This document shows, one piece after another, positions 19,270 through 28,711 of a stretch of DNA of 64,000 nucleotides. The position numbers and the translations under genes are program-made. The stretch is from Thermoproteota archaeon (GTDB lineage: Archaea; Korarchaeota; Korarchaeia; Korarchaeales; Korarchaeaceae): assembly GCA_027491395.1 (NCBI GenBank), contig JAOZFI010000041.1, positions 84,378 to 148,377 of the forward strand, written 5' to 3'. Under the pieces are notes generated by a model. The model made no database searches, was not told the origin of the DNA, and saw only the letters and a program-made list of their open reading frames with translations. Every line of letters starts with the position of its first letter. Positions within the stretch are counted from its first letter, which is position 1.

Positions 19270-19638
19270 TCAAGACCTGTCTAACCCGCTCTTCACCTCC
19301 ACCGCATTTTGCTGCTTGGGCTTAAACAGCTTGACTAGGGCCTTGTACACATTCCAAGCCCACGTCTCATCTGAGAATCCTACCACATTGACGGTAGCGT
19401 AAGAGTGTTCCGGCCATGTGTGTATGGCTACGTAACCCTTTCTCATCATGAGGAAGCCGCTTACGCCATACGGCTCGAACTCGTGTACGTGCACATGTAC
19501 GCTCTCCTCTCCGACCTCCTCAGCTAACCTCCTCAGCATCTCCTCCATGAGGGAGGGGGAATCCAATATCTCCCTATCCTCCACATCGTAGAGCTCCGCG
19601 ATCACCTGCGTCTCTTTAGGCCTTACTTCAGAGTTCAT
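19270..19638 (-). CDS. S-adenosylmethionine decarboxylase-like protein lacking the Glu-Ser pyruvoyl cleavage site
   Basis: HEFEPYGVSG...IHTWPE matches the family; ESH is replaced by KGY and the catalytic Cys is absent. Confidence 0.8.
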   Translation of the reverse strand: MNSEVRPKETQVIAELYDVEDREILDSPSLMEEMLRRLAEEVGEESVHVHVHEFEPYGVSGFLMMRKGYVAIHTWPEHSYATVNVVGFSDETWAWNVYKALVKLFKPKQQNAVEVKSGLDRS

Positions 19639-20299
19639 AGCTCTCTCCCGGTTTCAGAGCTATCACTTCACAGTCCAGACCCTCCTCCCTGAGCAACTCC
19701 CTCAGTTCCTCCGGCCTGCCCTTGAGGACCGGGAATGTCTCGTAGTGCATGGGAATCACCTTCTTAACTCCGAGAAGCTCTATAGCCTTGGCTGCCTCGA
19801 GGGGCCCCATCACGAAGTGACCACCTATGGGCAGAAGCGCCAGATCTGGCCTGTACAGCTCACCTATTAACTTCATGTCGTAGAAGACGCCCGTATCACC
19901 AGCGTGATATATTCTCTTACCGTCTAACTCCACCACGACACCAGTAGGGGCTCCAATGGGACTGCTGTGGACGGCGGTCGTCAGGACCATCCTCACTCCA
20001 TCTACCTCGAAGAATCCACCTATGTTAGCTCCCACGGTCTTCTCGACACCTCTGTTCCCGGCCTCCATCGCGATCTCGTAGATACTAACGATTGTTCCTC
20101 CATGGGATTTCGCCAGCTTAACGGCGTCGTCGAGACCGTGATCCCCATGAGCGTGCGTCACCACGTAGATATCAGCTCCCTTACACTGGTCTATTGATAT
20201 AGGGGACTGAGGGTTGCCCTCTATCCATGGATCTATGAGCACCCTCTTACTGCCCTCCAGTAGGAAGGCCGAGTGTCCTAAGAATGTGACCTTGACCAT
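19628..20299 (-). CDS. Metal-dependent hydrolase (UPF0173, MBL fold)
   Basis: FLGHS, IDPW, THAHGDH, YHAGDT, PIGGHFVM, PMHYETF. Confidence 0.92.
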   Translation of the reverse strand: MVKVTFLGHSAFLLEGSKRVLIDPWIEGNPQSPISIDQCKGADIYVVTHAHGDHGLDDAVKLAKSHGGTIVSIYEIAMEAGNRGVEKTVGANIGGFFEVDGVRMVLTTAVHSSPIGAPTGVVVELDGKRIYHAGDTGVFYDMKLIGELYRPDLALLPIGGHFVMGPLEAAKAIELLGVKKVIPMHYETFPVLKGRPEELRELLREEGLDCEVIALKPGESYEL

Positions 20300-20339
20300 C
20301 TTATCACCCCGCAGGGAGTCCCACGGAAAGAGATAACTC

Positions 20340-21014
20340 TTACTCCCGCCAACCCATCGCGCGCTTCAGCCTCTCTAAGATGCTCCTTCTCCTTTCCCTC
20401 TTAGTATCCCTCTCTACCCTCGAGAGGGCCGTGAGGATTTTCGTCCTTATGGAGCTCCTCTTCTCAACCCTCAGCATCCCAGCTAGGAAGGCGAAGACGT
20501 CATCCTTAGACGCGTTCTTCGAGAGGGAAGTTACGAGGGCCTCCCTGACCTTAGGAGAGGGGTCCTCCCTGAATGTCCTCAGCAGTTCTAAGGGAACCTC
20601 TCCCTCGTCGAAGAGCTTGGAAGCGCACTTGAGGTATGCCACCCTCACCTCAGGATTGGGATCCTCAGCCCAGTTCCTCAGCGATTCAATGGTCTCCCTG
20701 TCACATATCTCACGGAGAACCAGCAAAGCGAGGTCCCCTAAGACTCCATCGACGAGCTGTTCCCTCAGTATATTGAGAAGGGCGTCCTTAGTTAACTGCT
20801 TTGTAATGTATCCTTCTAGAGCCCTAGCCAATCTGAGCATCTCGGAGGCCATGCGCTCGTCGCAGACACCTTCTTCCTCACATTCTCTTATAATCTTCAG
20901 AATAACATTCATCCCATTATCTAAATCTCCTGATAACAATTGTGAAATTGAATTATACAACACTTGAACGTAGTGCTCAAACCTTTCTGAAGCCATCTGA
21001 CCTAACTGGCGCAA
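20340..21014 (-). CDS. HEAT-repeat protein
   Basis: DPNPEVR, DPSPKVREA, EKRSSIR repeats. Confidence 0.75.
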   Translation of the reverse strand: MRQLGQMASERFEHYVQVLYNSISQLLSGDLDNGMNVILKIIRECEEEGVCDERMASEMLRLARALEGYITKQLTKDALLNILREQLVDGVLGDLALLVLREICDRETIESLRNWAEDPNPEVRVAYLKCASKLFDEGEVPLELLRTFREDPSPKVREALVTSLSKNASKDDVFAFLAGMLRVEKRSSIRTKILTALSRVERDTKRERRRSILERLKRAMGWRE

Positions 21015-21058
21015 GCGTTTATTATAAGTTGACCACCACTATCCTGCGGTGATAAAAG

Positions 21059-22801
21059 GTGGTTGTGGAAATACCGGCGCCGCGGTTCATTGAAGTCGAT
21101 GGTAGGAAGATTGCAATAGGCGGTCCGCGGCCGAAGCTCAGGGAGGGGGAGAAATTACTCAGACATACATCATCGGTGTGTCCGGTTTGCTATAGGTTAC
21201 TACCCGCAATCATATTCGAGAGGGATGGGGCTGTTTACATAAGGAAGGAGTGCCCCGAGCACGGAGAGTTCGAAGACCTTTACTGGGGAGATGCCGAGAT
21301 GTTCAAGAGGGCCATGGAGTTCGAGGTTCCCGGAAGGGGGATCTACCCCCCCCACACCGAACTCCTCGCCCCATGTCCCTTCTCCTGCGGCATATGCCCG
21401 GCCCACCAGAACACGACGGCCCTAGCGAACTTGGTGGTGACCAACAGGTGTAACCTCGATTGCTGGTACTGCTTTTTCTACGCCGAGAAGGCCGGTTACG
21501 TGTATGAACCCACCTTGGAGGAGATAGATAAGATGGTAGATCTCCTCATAAAGGAGAAGCCAGCCCATGGGAATGCCATCCAGATAACGGGCGGAGAGCC
21601 CACCCTGAGGGAGGATCTGGTTGAGATAGTTAGGCTCCTCAGGAGGAAGGGCATCACTCACATACAACTCAACACCCAGGGCATCATCTTCGTGGAGAAA
21701 CCTTGGCTCATGAGGGAGCTGAGGGAAGCAGGGGTCAACACTATATACATGAGCTTCGATGGAGTCACCCCTGAAGCCAACCCCAAGAACCACTGGGAGA
21801 TCCCGTACATACTAGAGGCCGCCAGGAAGGCGGGCATGACGAGTTTAGTGCTCGTTCCCACCGTGATAAAGGGGATAAATGATCACGAGGTAGGTGACAT
21901 GGTCAGGTTCGCCGCCTACAATATAGATGTCGTCAGAGGAGTGAATTACCAGCCGGTCTCCCTCACCGGACAGATGCCCAAGGCCGAGAGGGAGAAGTAT
22001 AGGATAACTATCCCAGATGTCATAAGGAAGATAGAGGAGCAGACCGATGGACAGATATACAGGGAGGCTTGGTATCCGGTTCCGTTCACCGTGGCCGTGA
22101 GCGAGTTCATCGAGGCCGTGACCGGCGAGCCCAAGCTCATGATGACCAATCACCCCGCCTGCGGGATGGCCACCTACGTCTTCCCAGTGTTCGAGAGGGT
22201 CGATGGTAAGAAGAGGGTAACTAGATTCATCCCGATAACGGACTTCGTTGATGTAGATGGCTTTTATCAGTTCCTCAAGGAAAAGGCTAGGGAGATCAAG
22301 GAGGAGCACAAGAACAGGTGGCTCACCCTCCTCAAGGTGGTAGCTAAACTCCCAAGTTTCATAGAGAAGGACAAGCAACCCCCAGGCATTAACCTCATCG
22401 GAATACTCAGGAAGATAATACTCCAGAGGAGCTATAAGGCGCTAGGAGAGTTCCACTACAAGTCGCTCTTCTTGGGAATGATGCACTTCATGGACCTGTA
22501 CAACTACGATGTCCAGAGGGTGATGAGGTGTGACATACACTATCTCTCTCCTGATGGTAGGGTAATACCCTTCTGTACCTACAACGTGCTCTCTGACCTC
22601 TACAGGGACAAGATAATCAAGGAGTACTCGATGAGCTTCGAGGAATACGAGCGCAAGTACGGAAAGGGATTGATAGGCGCTGAGAGTAAGTACAGGAGGG
22701 ACATTCCAAAGCTGGAGAATACTGAGATATACGTGAGAACCTACGAGCCCTTCTTCCACAAGTTCAGAAGGCTTCCCGCTATAGTGAGGAAATCCCAGTG
22801 A
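21059..22801 (+). CDS. tes: Tetraether lipid synthase (Tes/GDGT-MAS, MJ0619 family radical SAM)
   Basis: N-terminal CPVC...CPEHG, CPFSCGICPAH, TNRCNLDCWYCF, NYQPVS, HPACG, MHFMDLYNYD..RVMRCDIHY, IPFCTYN. Confidence 0.88.
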   Translation: MVVEIPAPRFIEVDGRKIAIGGPRPKLREGEKLLRHTSSVCPVCYRLLPAIIFERDGAVYIRKECPEHGEFEDLYWGDAEMFKRAMEFEVPGRGIYPPHTELLAPCPFSCGICPAHQNTTALANLVVTNRCNLDCWYCFFYAEKAGYVYEPTLEEIDKMVDLLIKEKPAHGNAIQITGGEPTLREDLVEIVRLLRRKGITHIQLNTQGIIFVEKPWLMRELREAGVNTIYMSFDGVTPEANPKNHWEIPYILEAARKAGMTSLVLVPTVIKGINDHEVGDMVRFAAYNIDVVRGVNYQPVSLTGQMPKAEREKYRITIPDVIRKIEEQTDGQIYREAWYPVPFTVAVSEFIEAVTGEPKLMMTNHPACGMATYVFPVFERVDGKKRVTRFIPITDFVDVDGFYQFLKEKAREIKEEHKNRWLTLLKVVAKLPSFIEKDKQPPGINLIGILRKIILQRSYKALGEFHYKSLFLGMMHFMDLYNYDVQRVMRCDIHYLSPDGRVIPFCTYNVLSDLYRDKIIKEYSMSFEEYERKYGKGLIGAESKYRRDIPKLENTEIYVRTYEPFFHKFRRLPAIVRKSQ

Positions 22802-22807
22802 GCCAAA

Positions 22808-23965
22808 TTGTACGACGTAGCTGTTGTGGGTGCCGGCCCTACTGGGGCCGCCCTATCTCATTTCCTGTCCTCCAAGGGGTTCACGGTACTCGTCATAGAG
22901 AAGGATCCACAGCCCGGGATTAGAACCATCTGTGGCGAGTATCTGCCAGATCCTAGTTCACTCAAGTTGGAGGGAGATGTCGCCTCGGCCTATTTGGACT
23001 TTTTCGAACCGTTCATCGTGCACAGAATGGAAAGGATAGTGATGGAGATAGGGAACAGGGAATTCGAGACCAATTATGCTGGATACTCCGTGGATAGGAG
23101 GGCAATGATCGTCTCTAGGCTAGAAGAGTCCTTGGCAGAGGGAACCATCCTCAAAACTGGAGAGGCTTTCATCACGGCTCGGTTCGTGGATGATGCTTAC
23201 GAGGTGAGGACGTCCAAGGACAGGTACAGGGCGAGGTACCTAGTAGGGGCGGATGGATTCGATAGCAGAGTTGCCAAGCTGATAAACGGGAGTACAACAC
23301 TCAAGTGCGACGATCTTGCGCTAGCCTTCTCCACTGAGGTCACGATGGAGATGAATGAGCCTGACGTGATGAGGTTAGTGATAAGCGAGTCATTGGCTCC
23401 AGGTACCTACGCTTGGGTTATCCCTAGGTCCGAGAACACTGCGAACGTTGGGGTTGGTGTCAGGCTCAATATGATCAACGGGTTTGACCCCAAGAGAGCT
23501 CTCAAGGAACATCTTGCTAGGCTGAATGCAACGGTCGAACCTGAGCTCAGGGGCAGATACGTCCCGGCCGGGGGCATGCTAGGCAAGGTTCAAGAAGGGG
23601 GAATTTTCCTCGCAGGAGATTCGGCTGGCATGACGGTTCCCTCCAACGGTGGGGGCATGCATACGGGCATAATAGCCGCATACCTCTTAACCAGATCGCT
23701 GGCGGATGACAGGCCGGAGGGCTACGTGCCCTCCGTTGACAGGGTAGTTAGGCCGATGGTGGACACGGGCCTCATCCACAGGAGGGCCGCCGACTTCCTG
23801 CTGAGGACTGGCCTCCTGTGGAGAACCCTAAGGTTTCTACCCCATTCTTTAGTCGAGGAAGTGATAAGGGTGGAGCGCGGGCCATATTATCCCCTGCTCA
23901 AACTACTTTCCTCGCTCTACGGGCAAGTAAGGGGCAAAGTCGGTAGCTATCCAGCCTGTAGATAG
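22808..23965 (+). CDS. Geranylgeranyl reductase family flavoprotein
   Basis: DVAVVGAGPTG, ICGE, GADG, PGTYAWVIP, GDSAG...NGGG. Confidence 0.88.
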   Translation: MYDVAVVGAGPTGAALSHFLSSKGFTVLVIEKDPQPGIRTICGEYLPDPSSLKLEGDVASAYLDFFEPFIVHRMERIVMEIGNREFETNYAGYSVDRRAMIVSRLEESLAEGTILKTGEAFITARFVDDAYEVRTSKDRYRARYLVGADGFDSRVAKLINGSTTLKCDDLALAFSTEVTMEMNEPDVMRLVISESLAPGTYAWVIPRSENTANVGVGVRLNMINGFDPKRALKEHLARLNATVEPELRGRYVPAGGMLGKVQEGGIFLAGDSAGMTVPSNGGGMHTGIIAAYLLTRSLADDRPEGYVPSVDRVVRPMVDTGLIHRRAADFLLRTGLLWRTLRFLPHSLVEEVIRVERGPYYPLLKLLSSLYGQVRGKVGSYPACR

Positions 23966-25016
23966 GATCCTCACACTCATCACATACCAAGACTACATCG
24001 AACTCGCTGGAATATGCCAGAGAATCCTCAATCGACGTGATTATCCCCCCTCCTCTCCTCAAGGAAGAGATGAGCCATCTGATCTCGTCCTTTATCTGGT
24101 ACGGTGCCCTTTCCTCCGTGAGAGGGCTGAGCAAGGGAGTGATAACCACGAAATCTCTCCTCTCGTAGGCAACTGATTGGAGCAAGGTGATCAAGGAGGT
24201 CGCATCCTTGCCCGCAGTTGATAGCCCTGAGGCATCTATTATCAGGACGCCCGCCACTTCGGGCAGCGCCTCATGCAGCAAAGATCCATCCTCACCGAAC
24301 AGCTGTCTCAGCAGAGACCTACCTGGCTCCGGGATCCTTATGTCATCTAGCAGTGAGACGTCACCCGTCTTCAGGACCTCACTTATAACGGAAGGATTCA
24401 CTCCGATCAGGTAAGAGAGGAGGAGAGATGCCGTCATGTAATAGGATGGCCCGAGACTACCAGCATGGCTGAATCTGAGATCTTCTGGCCTAGCGATCTT
24501 AATTTCAGTGTTTTTCAGCCTATCAGCAGCGTCACCGCTCCAGTCGACTAGGATCACCCTCCTATTGGTGGAGATGAGGGAGGCCAGCGATATCGCTAGG
24601 GAACTTGCCAGACCTACGGATTTGCAGACAGTTAGTACCGACTTGAACGAGAGAGATAACAGGTCCTGCTCACTCTGATGCTCGTCCTCTTCCCTCATCT
24701 CATCTTTAGAGATCGACATCGTGGAGATGAAGGTGAGCAGCAGCAATAGGGGGAATAGTAGTGACCCCAAGGCTAGAGGGACGTAGTACCTCAGATCAAC
24801 GTTACCTCTGATCCTGAAACCAAAATAGAAGAGAATACTCGCTATGGAGATGTTAATCAATCTCTGAGGCATCCTCACAGGCCATATCCTCACAATCTCC
24901 ACAGAAAGGAACAAGAACCCGAGTATCAGGAGTAGTAGGGATAGCACACCTTCAGGCCCCTTGAAGATCCTCTTGAAAAGGGAGAGTAAGGAGATCACGC
25001 CTCCAACTCTCCCCAC
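23898..25016 (-). CDS. Membrane-anchored hypothetical protein with a degenerate HerA/VirB4-like P-loop domain
   Basis: Three N-terminal TMs, then SVLTVCKSVGLASSLA...VILVDWSGD resembling the HerA N-terminus without Walker A GKS/T. Confidence 0.45.
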   Translation of the reverse strand: MGRVGGVISLLSLFKRIFKGPEGVLSLLLLILGFLFLSVEIVRIWPVRMPQRLINISIASILFYFGFRIRGNVDLRYYVPLALGSLLFPLLLLLTFISTMSISKDEMREEDEHQSEQDLLSLSFKSVLTVCKSVGLASSLAISLASLISTNRRVILVDWSGDAADRLKNTEIKIARPEDLRFSHAGSLGPSYYMTASLLLSYLIGVNPSVISEVLKTGDVSLLDDIRIPEPGRSLLRQLFGEDGSLLHEALPEVAGVLIIDASGLSTAGKDATSLITLLQSVAYERRDFVVITPLLSPLTEERAPYQIKDEIRWLISSLRRGGGIITSIEDSLAYSSEFDVVLVCDECEDPIYRLDSYRLCPLLARRARKVV

Positions 25017-26695
25017 TTTGATAGAAGTAGCTCTAGGTATCTGAGTTTCTCGAGGAGATACCTCATCTCAGCCCGGTGAATGACTTCCATTTGTCCCTCT
25101 ACAGACTCAACGCCTAGCAGGAAGCCCTCCACTCCAGCGGACAGGGCCTCACTTATCAGATCAACCGAAGGAACCTCCTCTTTCAGATCTACCATGAGAT
25201 GGTCGAAGCGGGAGGCTAGGGAGAGGGATGCACTGAACCCCTCGAGATTCACTGGCAGTACAGCGCCATCGTAGATGTCAGACAGCTCATCGGACATCAG
25301 CACCAATTCTGCCTTTCCTAAGTAGATTAAGAACTCAGAGCTCGGAGAAGACGCTGCAATAGAAAAAAGCTTTTCTTTGGCTTCCTTAGGGTTATCTGCT
25401 ACCACTAACACCTTAACCTCACCTAAATCCCCTATGTTTGAGGGGTCCCTCAAGATAACGATGTGATCTCCAGGGCCTAATCCGCTCAGCTCGTCCACTT
25501 CTACGATCCAGCCGTCCACCAGCCCTCTCGGGAGTTCCGCCGGGTACCTGACGTAGATCTTGGAGGCCACCAGCGCGACCGGGGAGATCTCCACCTCCCT
25601 CGGAGCTACCTTTCCCGGGCGAGTGAGGGGCTCCGCCTTCTTCACCTCCTTTGATCTCTCCTCCTTAATTTCCCTGACTTCCCTCCTCTCCTCCAGCCAA
25701 TTAATGACCTTCCTCTCCAACGGCTTAACAGGCGGCCTCTCCGGCTCCTTGTGGGCCTGTATCACGAATAGAACGTCCGTGCCCTCCTGAATTACCCACT
25801 CCATAAGAGTGGGGGTCCCCAAGATCAGTGAGAGATCAGAGGATGTTCTAGCTATTTCCTCTATCTCCCCTCCCTTCACCGAGGGCTCCATCCACAGGTG
25901 ATGGGGGACCTCCACCTCACGTATGCCCTGAGGGCTGGGTACGAGCTTAATCTTCTTCTCACTCAGCTCACTCTCCACGACCTCCATGAGGTCCATGCTG
26001 ATCCTGAACCTGTCCTTCGGAACTCCATTCATCGATCCCCAAGTCGACTCAACTAGGATCTCATTTCTCCTCCTGGCGGGACAGCAGATGGCGATCCCAC
26101 TCGATCTCGGAAAGATGACCTTCTGTATCATTATCGCTAGATCCAGATCCTCCGGATATACGCCGAGATCCATCATCCTAGCTATGGCCTTAAGTGAGAA
26201 GGAGCTACCCAGTACCCTCTGGATGGATCTCACGATCCCTTTTTTCGTTGGCTCGTCGTACCACACGCCCATCCTGCCCTTGAGGTCCCCATCGACGAGC
26301 TCGGATGCATAAGGGGACGGTCTAGCGACAATCATTTTCTCGACATTACCTGCGATGGAGTCCATTATCCCATCCAACAGATCCTCGGGGATCGATAGGG
26401 AGCTTATCTTTGATCTGACCTCCTTCTCAAGTTCAAAGGCCTTCTCCGGCCTGTCCGAGTCCATCACTATCCTAGAGAGCTTGAAAATGTCGTGTCTTAT
26501 CCCGGACTCCGACATCAACTGGGATATCACATCGCTGGGTATGATGACAGTGAAGGGAACCCTAGCACCGGTGCCCTTCACCTTGGACAGGTTCCAAGCC
26601 TTCAACCCCACCTCCATCTCAGTGTGCTTGGGGACATCATCCAAACTGATTAGCAAGACATCACCCCCACCTGAACTCAATACTGTCACCCACAT
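24995..26695 (-). CDS. Divergent PEP synthase/pyruvate phosphate dikinase N-terminal domain protein
   Basis: VGLKAWNL, VPFTVII, IMIQKVI..RSSGIA, IQAHK resemble PPDK_N; no TSHAAI phosphohistidine motif. Confidence 0.7.
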   Translation of the reverse strand: MWVTVLSSGGGDVLLISLDDVPKHTEMEVGLKAWNLSKVKGTGARVPFTVIIPSDVISQLMSESGIRHDIFKLSRIVMDSDRPEKAFELEKEVRSKISSLSIPEDLLDGIMDSIAGNVEKMIVARPSPYASELVDGDLKGRMGVWYDEPTKKGIVRSIQRVLGSSFSLKAIARMMDLGVYPEDLDLAIMIQKVIFPRSSGIAICCPARRRNEILVESTWGSMNGVPKDRFRISMDLMEVVESELSEKKIKLVPSPQGIREVEVPHHLWMEPSVKGGEIEEIARTSSDLSLILGTPTLMEWVIQEGTDVLFVIQAHKEPERPPVKPLERKVINWLEERREVREIKEERSKEVKKAEPLTRPGKVAPREVEISPVALVASKIYVRYPAELPRGLVDGWIVEVDELSGLGPGDHIVILRDPSNIGDLGEVKVLVVADNPKEAKEKLFSIAASSPSSEFLIYLGKAELVLMSDELSDIYDGAVLPVNLEGFSASLSLASRFDHLMVDLKEEVPSVDLISEALSAGVEGFLLGVESVEGQMEVIHRAEMRYLLEKLRYLELLLSKWGELEA

Positions 26696-27431
26696 CGACC
26701 CCGAGGAAGTCGGCGGCGCTGCCCCTAGCTAACGAGAGTTCCAGCAGATCCGTGCTTCCTCTTATCACCAGGAGGCCCTTACCCCCGTAATGGGTGGATC
26801 TCACAGCTTTGGCCCACGAATGCGGGGTGATCACTTCGATCTTCTCCGCGCCCACCTTACCCCATCTCACGTTAGTTACCACGTTCCCGAAGCCGTCCAC
26901 GTTGAGCACTTCCCCCTTAAGGTATCTGTCTCCCTCCTCCACCTTCCACAGATCCAAAACCTCCATGGATCTCTTCCTGAATCCCAAGTCGTCGGGAGAC
27001 TTGCCGCACGCTAACATCGCAGACACGGGAGCGAAAACATCTCTCCCATCGAAGGTGCCCGTCCTCCTCTCAGCTAGACCGGTCCCCCTCATGTCTATCT
27101 TGAAGATCTCGTACTCTCCCATTTCTTGAACTACTGGCCAAAAGAGACCGTTATCCGGACCCACAAAGGTGAGAGGGCCGGCCTTCACTATTATCGGATC
27201 CCTAGCAGTTCCCACCCCGGGATCCACAACTCCCAAGACGATGGATCCCCTCTCTATCCAACGGTACGCCTGCCAGAGGATGAATGCTCCATGCTTTATG
27301 TTGAACTTCTTGACCCCGTGAGATATATCGACTAGATCGACCTTGGGGCACTGGGTACGGATCACTCCTTTCATTGCCCCTACGTAATAGTCCTCGGTAC
27401 CGAAATCAGTGATGAGGTATATCGAGGTCAT
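26661..27431 (-). CDS. SAM hydroxide adenosyltransferase (DUF62, SAM hydrolase/halogenase family)
   Basis: TDFG, VVDPGVGT.R, GPDNG, TFDGRDVFAP, VDGFGNVVTN. Confidence 0.93.
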   Translation of the reverse strand: MTSIYLITDFGTEDYYVGAMKGVIRTQCPKVDLVDISHGVKKFNIKHGAFILWQAYRWIERGSIVLGVVDPGVGTARDPIIVKAGPLTFVGPDNGLFWPVVQEMGEYEIFKIDMRGTGLAERRTGTFDGRDVFAPVSAMLACGKSPDDLGFRKRSMEVLDLWKVEEGDRYLKGEVLNVDGFGNVVTNVRWGKVGAEKIEVITPHSWAKAVRSTHYGGKGLLVIRGSTDLLELSLARGSAADFLGVDVGDSIEFRWG

Positions 27432-27466
27432 CGATTAGAAGGGGTGCCATCCTTTTTAATTATGAT

Positions 27467-27685
27467 ATGGATGGACCGAGTGCTATGAGCCTAAAGGGTC
27501 TGCTGTTCTGGCTTGCTGGATCCCTAGCACTTCTCCTATCCCTATTCACGCTAGTTGCCGATGAGTACACTCTCCTATTGATATTGAGATGCCTATCATT
27601 CCTTTTCCTGTTTGGAGTCGGAGTTCTGCTCCTCATAATCGCCAAGAAACTGCTTACTCTCTCCCCACCTCCTCCCGCTGCCTGA
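27467..27685 (+). CDS. Small membrane protein with two TM helices, unknown function
   Basis: 72-aa hydrophobic ORF filling the gap between two minus-strand genes. Confidence 0.5.
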   Translation: MDGPSAMSLKGLLFWLAGSLALLLSLFTLVADEYTLLLILRCLSFLFLFGVGVLLLIIAKKLLTLSPPPPAA

Positions 27686-28238
27686 GCTTGACGCCGTATA
27701 ACGTCTCGTATATCGGCCCCTGCGGAGTGAGGGTGCTTTTCTTGAACCTCACCTCCTTGACCTCTATGACTCCTATGTCAACATCCGAGATCCTCCTTAT
27801 TATCTCAGGCAGATCGCCGGAGTAGCCTTTGACCCTAGCAATGGTTAGATGGGGCTCGAATCCCTTTGTCTCCCTTCTGAAGCCTAACTTGGCTAGGGAC
27901 CTGTCGAGCTCCTTGGCCATCCCGATGAAAACGTCTCTTCCCTCATCCACACCTATCCATACGACGTTCGGCCTGCTCACCTTGGGAAAGGCTCCAACTC
28001 CTCTGAGGTGCATGGGGAAGGGCTCAAAGGATTCGAGCACCTCTCTCATGATGGAAACCACCAGCTCTATCCTCGATTCATCGACATTACCCAAGAACTT
28101 CAAGGTGAAGTGGAGGTTCTGCCTCTCCACGGGTCTGAGCTTTGCGCTCGAGGAGAGGATCTCCCTCTGGACCCTAACTATCTTGGACACTATCTCAGGA
28201 TCCTCGACATCTATGGAGATGAAGCTGCGTATCCCCAC
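27654..28238 (-). CDS. thpR: RNA 2',3'-cyclic phosphodiesterase (2H family)
   Basis: HFTLKFLG and PHLTIAR motifs; LTPQGPIY. Confidence 0.94.
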   Translation of the reverse strand: MGIRSFISIDVEDPEIVSKIVRVQREILSSSAKLRPVERQNLHFTLKFLGNVDESRIELVVSIMREVLESFEPFPMHLRGVGAFPKVSRPNVVWIGVDEGRDVFIGMAKELDRSLAKLGFRRETKGFEPHLTIARVKGYSGDLPEIIRRISDVDIGVIEVKEVRFKKSTLTPQGPIYETLYGVKLRQREEVGRE

Positions 28239-28251
28239 TATCTTCCCTCCT

Positions 28252-28617
28252 TCACCTGAGCTCTGGAGGTACGCCCTCGTTAGGTATCATACAGAGGAAC
28301 AGAATCTCCTCATACGCGAAATACTCGTGAGGAAGATCGGGAGGTACGTATATGACATTCCCCTCCTTGACCTCGAATTCCTGATTCCCGATCCTTATCT
28401 TCCCCCTCCCCTTCAGTACAAGGATCTCGTGCTCCCACGGGTGGCTGTGCTCAGGTATGTGCCCTCCAGCCTCCACCCTAAATATCCTCATCGAGAAGTT
28501 GGGTGCCCCGTCCTTAGGGGAGAGCACCCACTTGATGTAGGTCTTCTCAGCTTGGGGGACCGGTTGGAAAGGGATAGAGTCGATATCCTTGATCACGGGC
28601 CGGGACATATGCCTCAA
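28252..28617 (-). CDS. Cupin domain protein
   Basis: PEHSHPWEHEILVLKG...PDLPH. Confidence 0.9.
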   Translation of the reverse strand: MRHMSRPVIKDIDSIPFQPVPQAEKTYIKWVLSPKDGAPNFSMRIFRVEAGGHIPEHSHPWEHEILVLKGRGKIRIGNQEFEVKEGNVIYVPPDLPHEYFAYEEILFLCMIPNEGVPPELR

Positions 28618-28638
28618 GGTCGGTGCAACGTATAAAAA

Positions 28639-28700
28639 TGGGGCTCAGTCCTAAAGCGTATAATCACCCCTCATAGATCACCTCCGACATCATCGCCCCA
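28639..28700 (-). ncRNA. Box C/D methylation guide sRNA with two 16S rRNA-complementary guides
   Basis: Minus strand: TGGGGC-G-ATGATGT(C)-CGGAGGTGATCT-ATGA(D')-GGG-GTGATTA(C')-TACGCTTTAGGA-CTGA(D)-GCCCCA; 6-bp terminal stem; guides complementary to GGAUCACCUCC and CCUAAAGCGU. Confidence 0.75.
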
Positions 28701-28711
28701 TCTGATGAACA

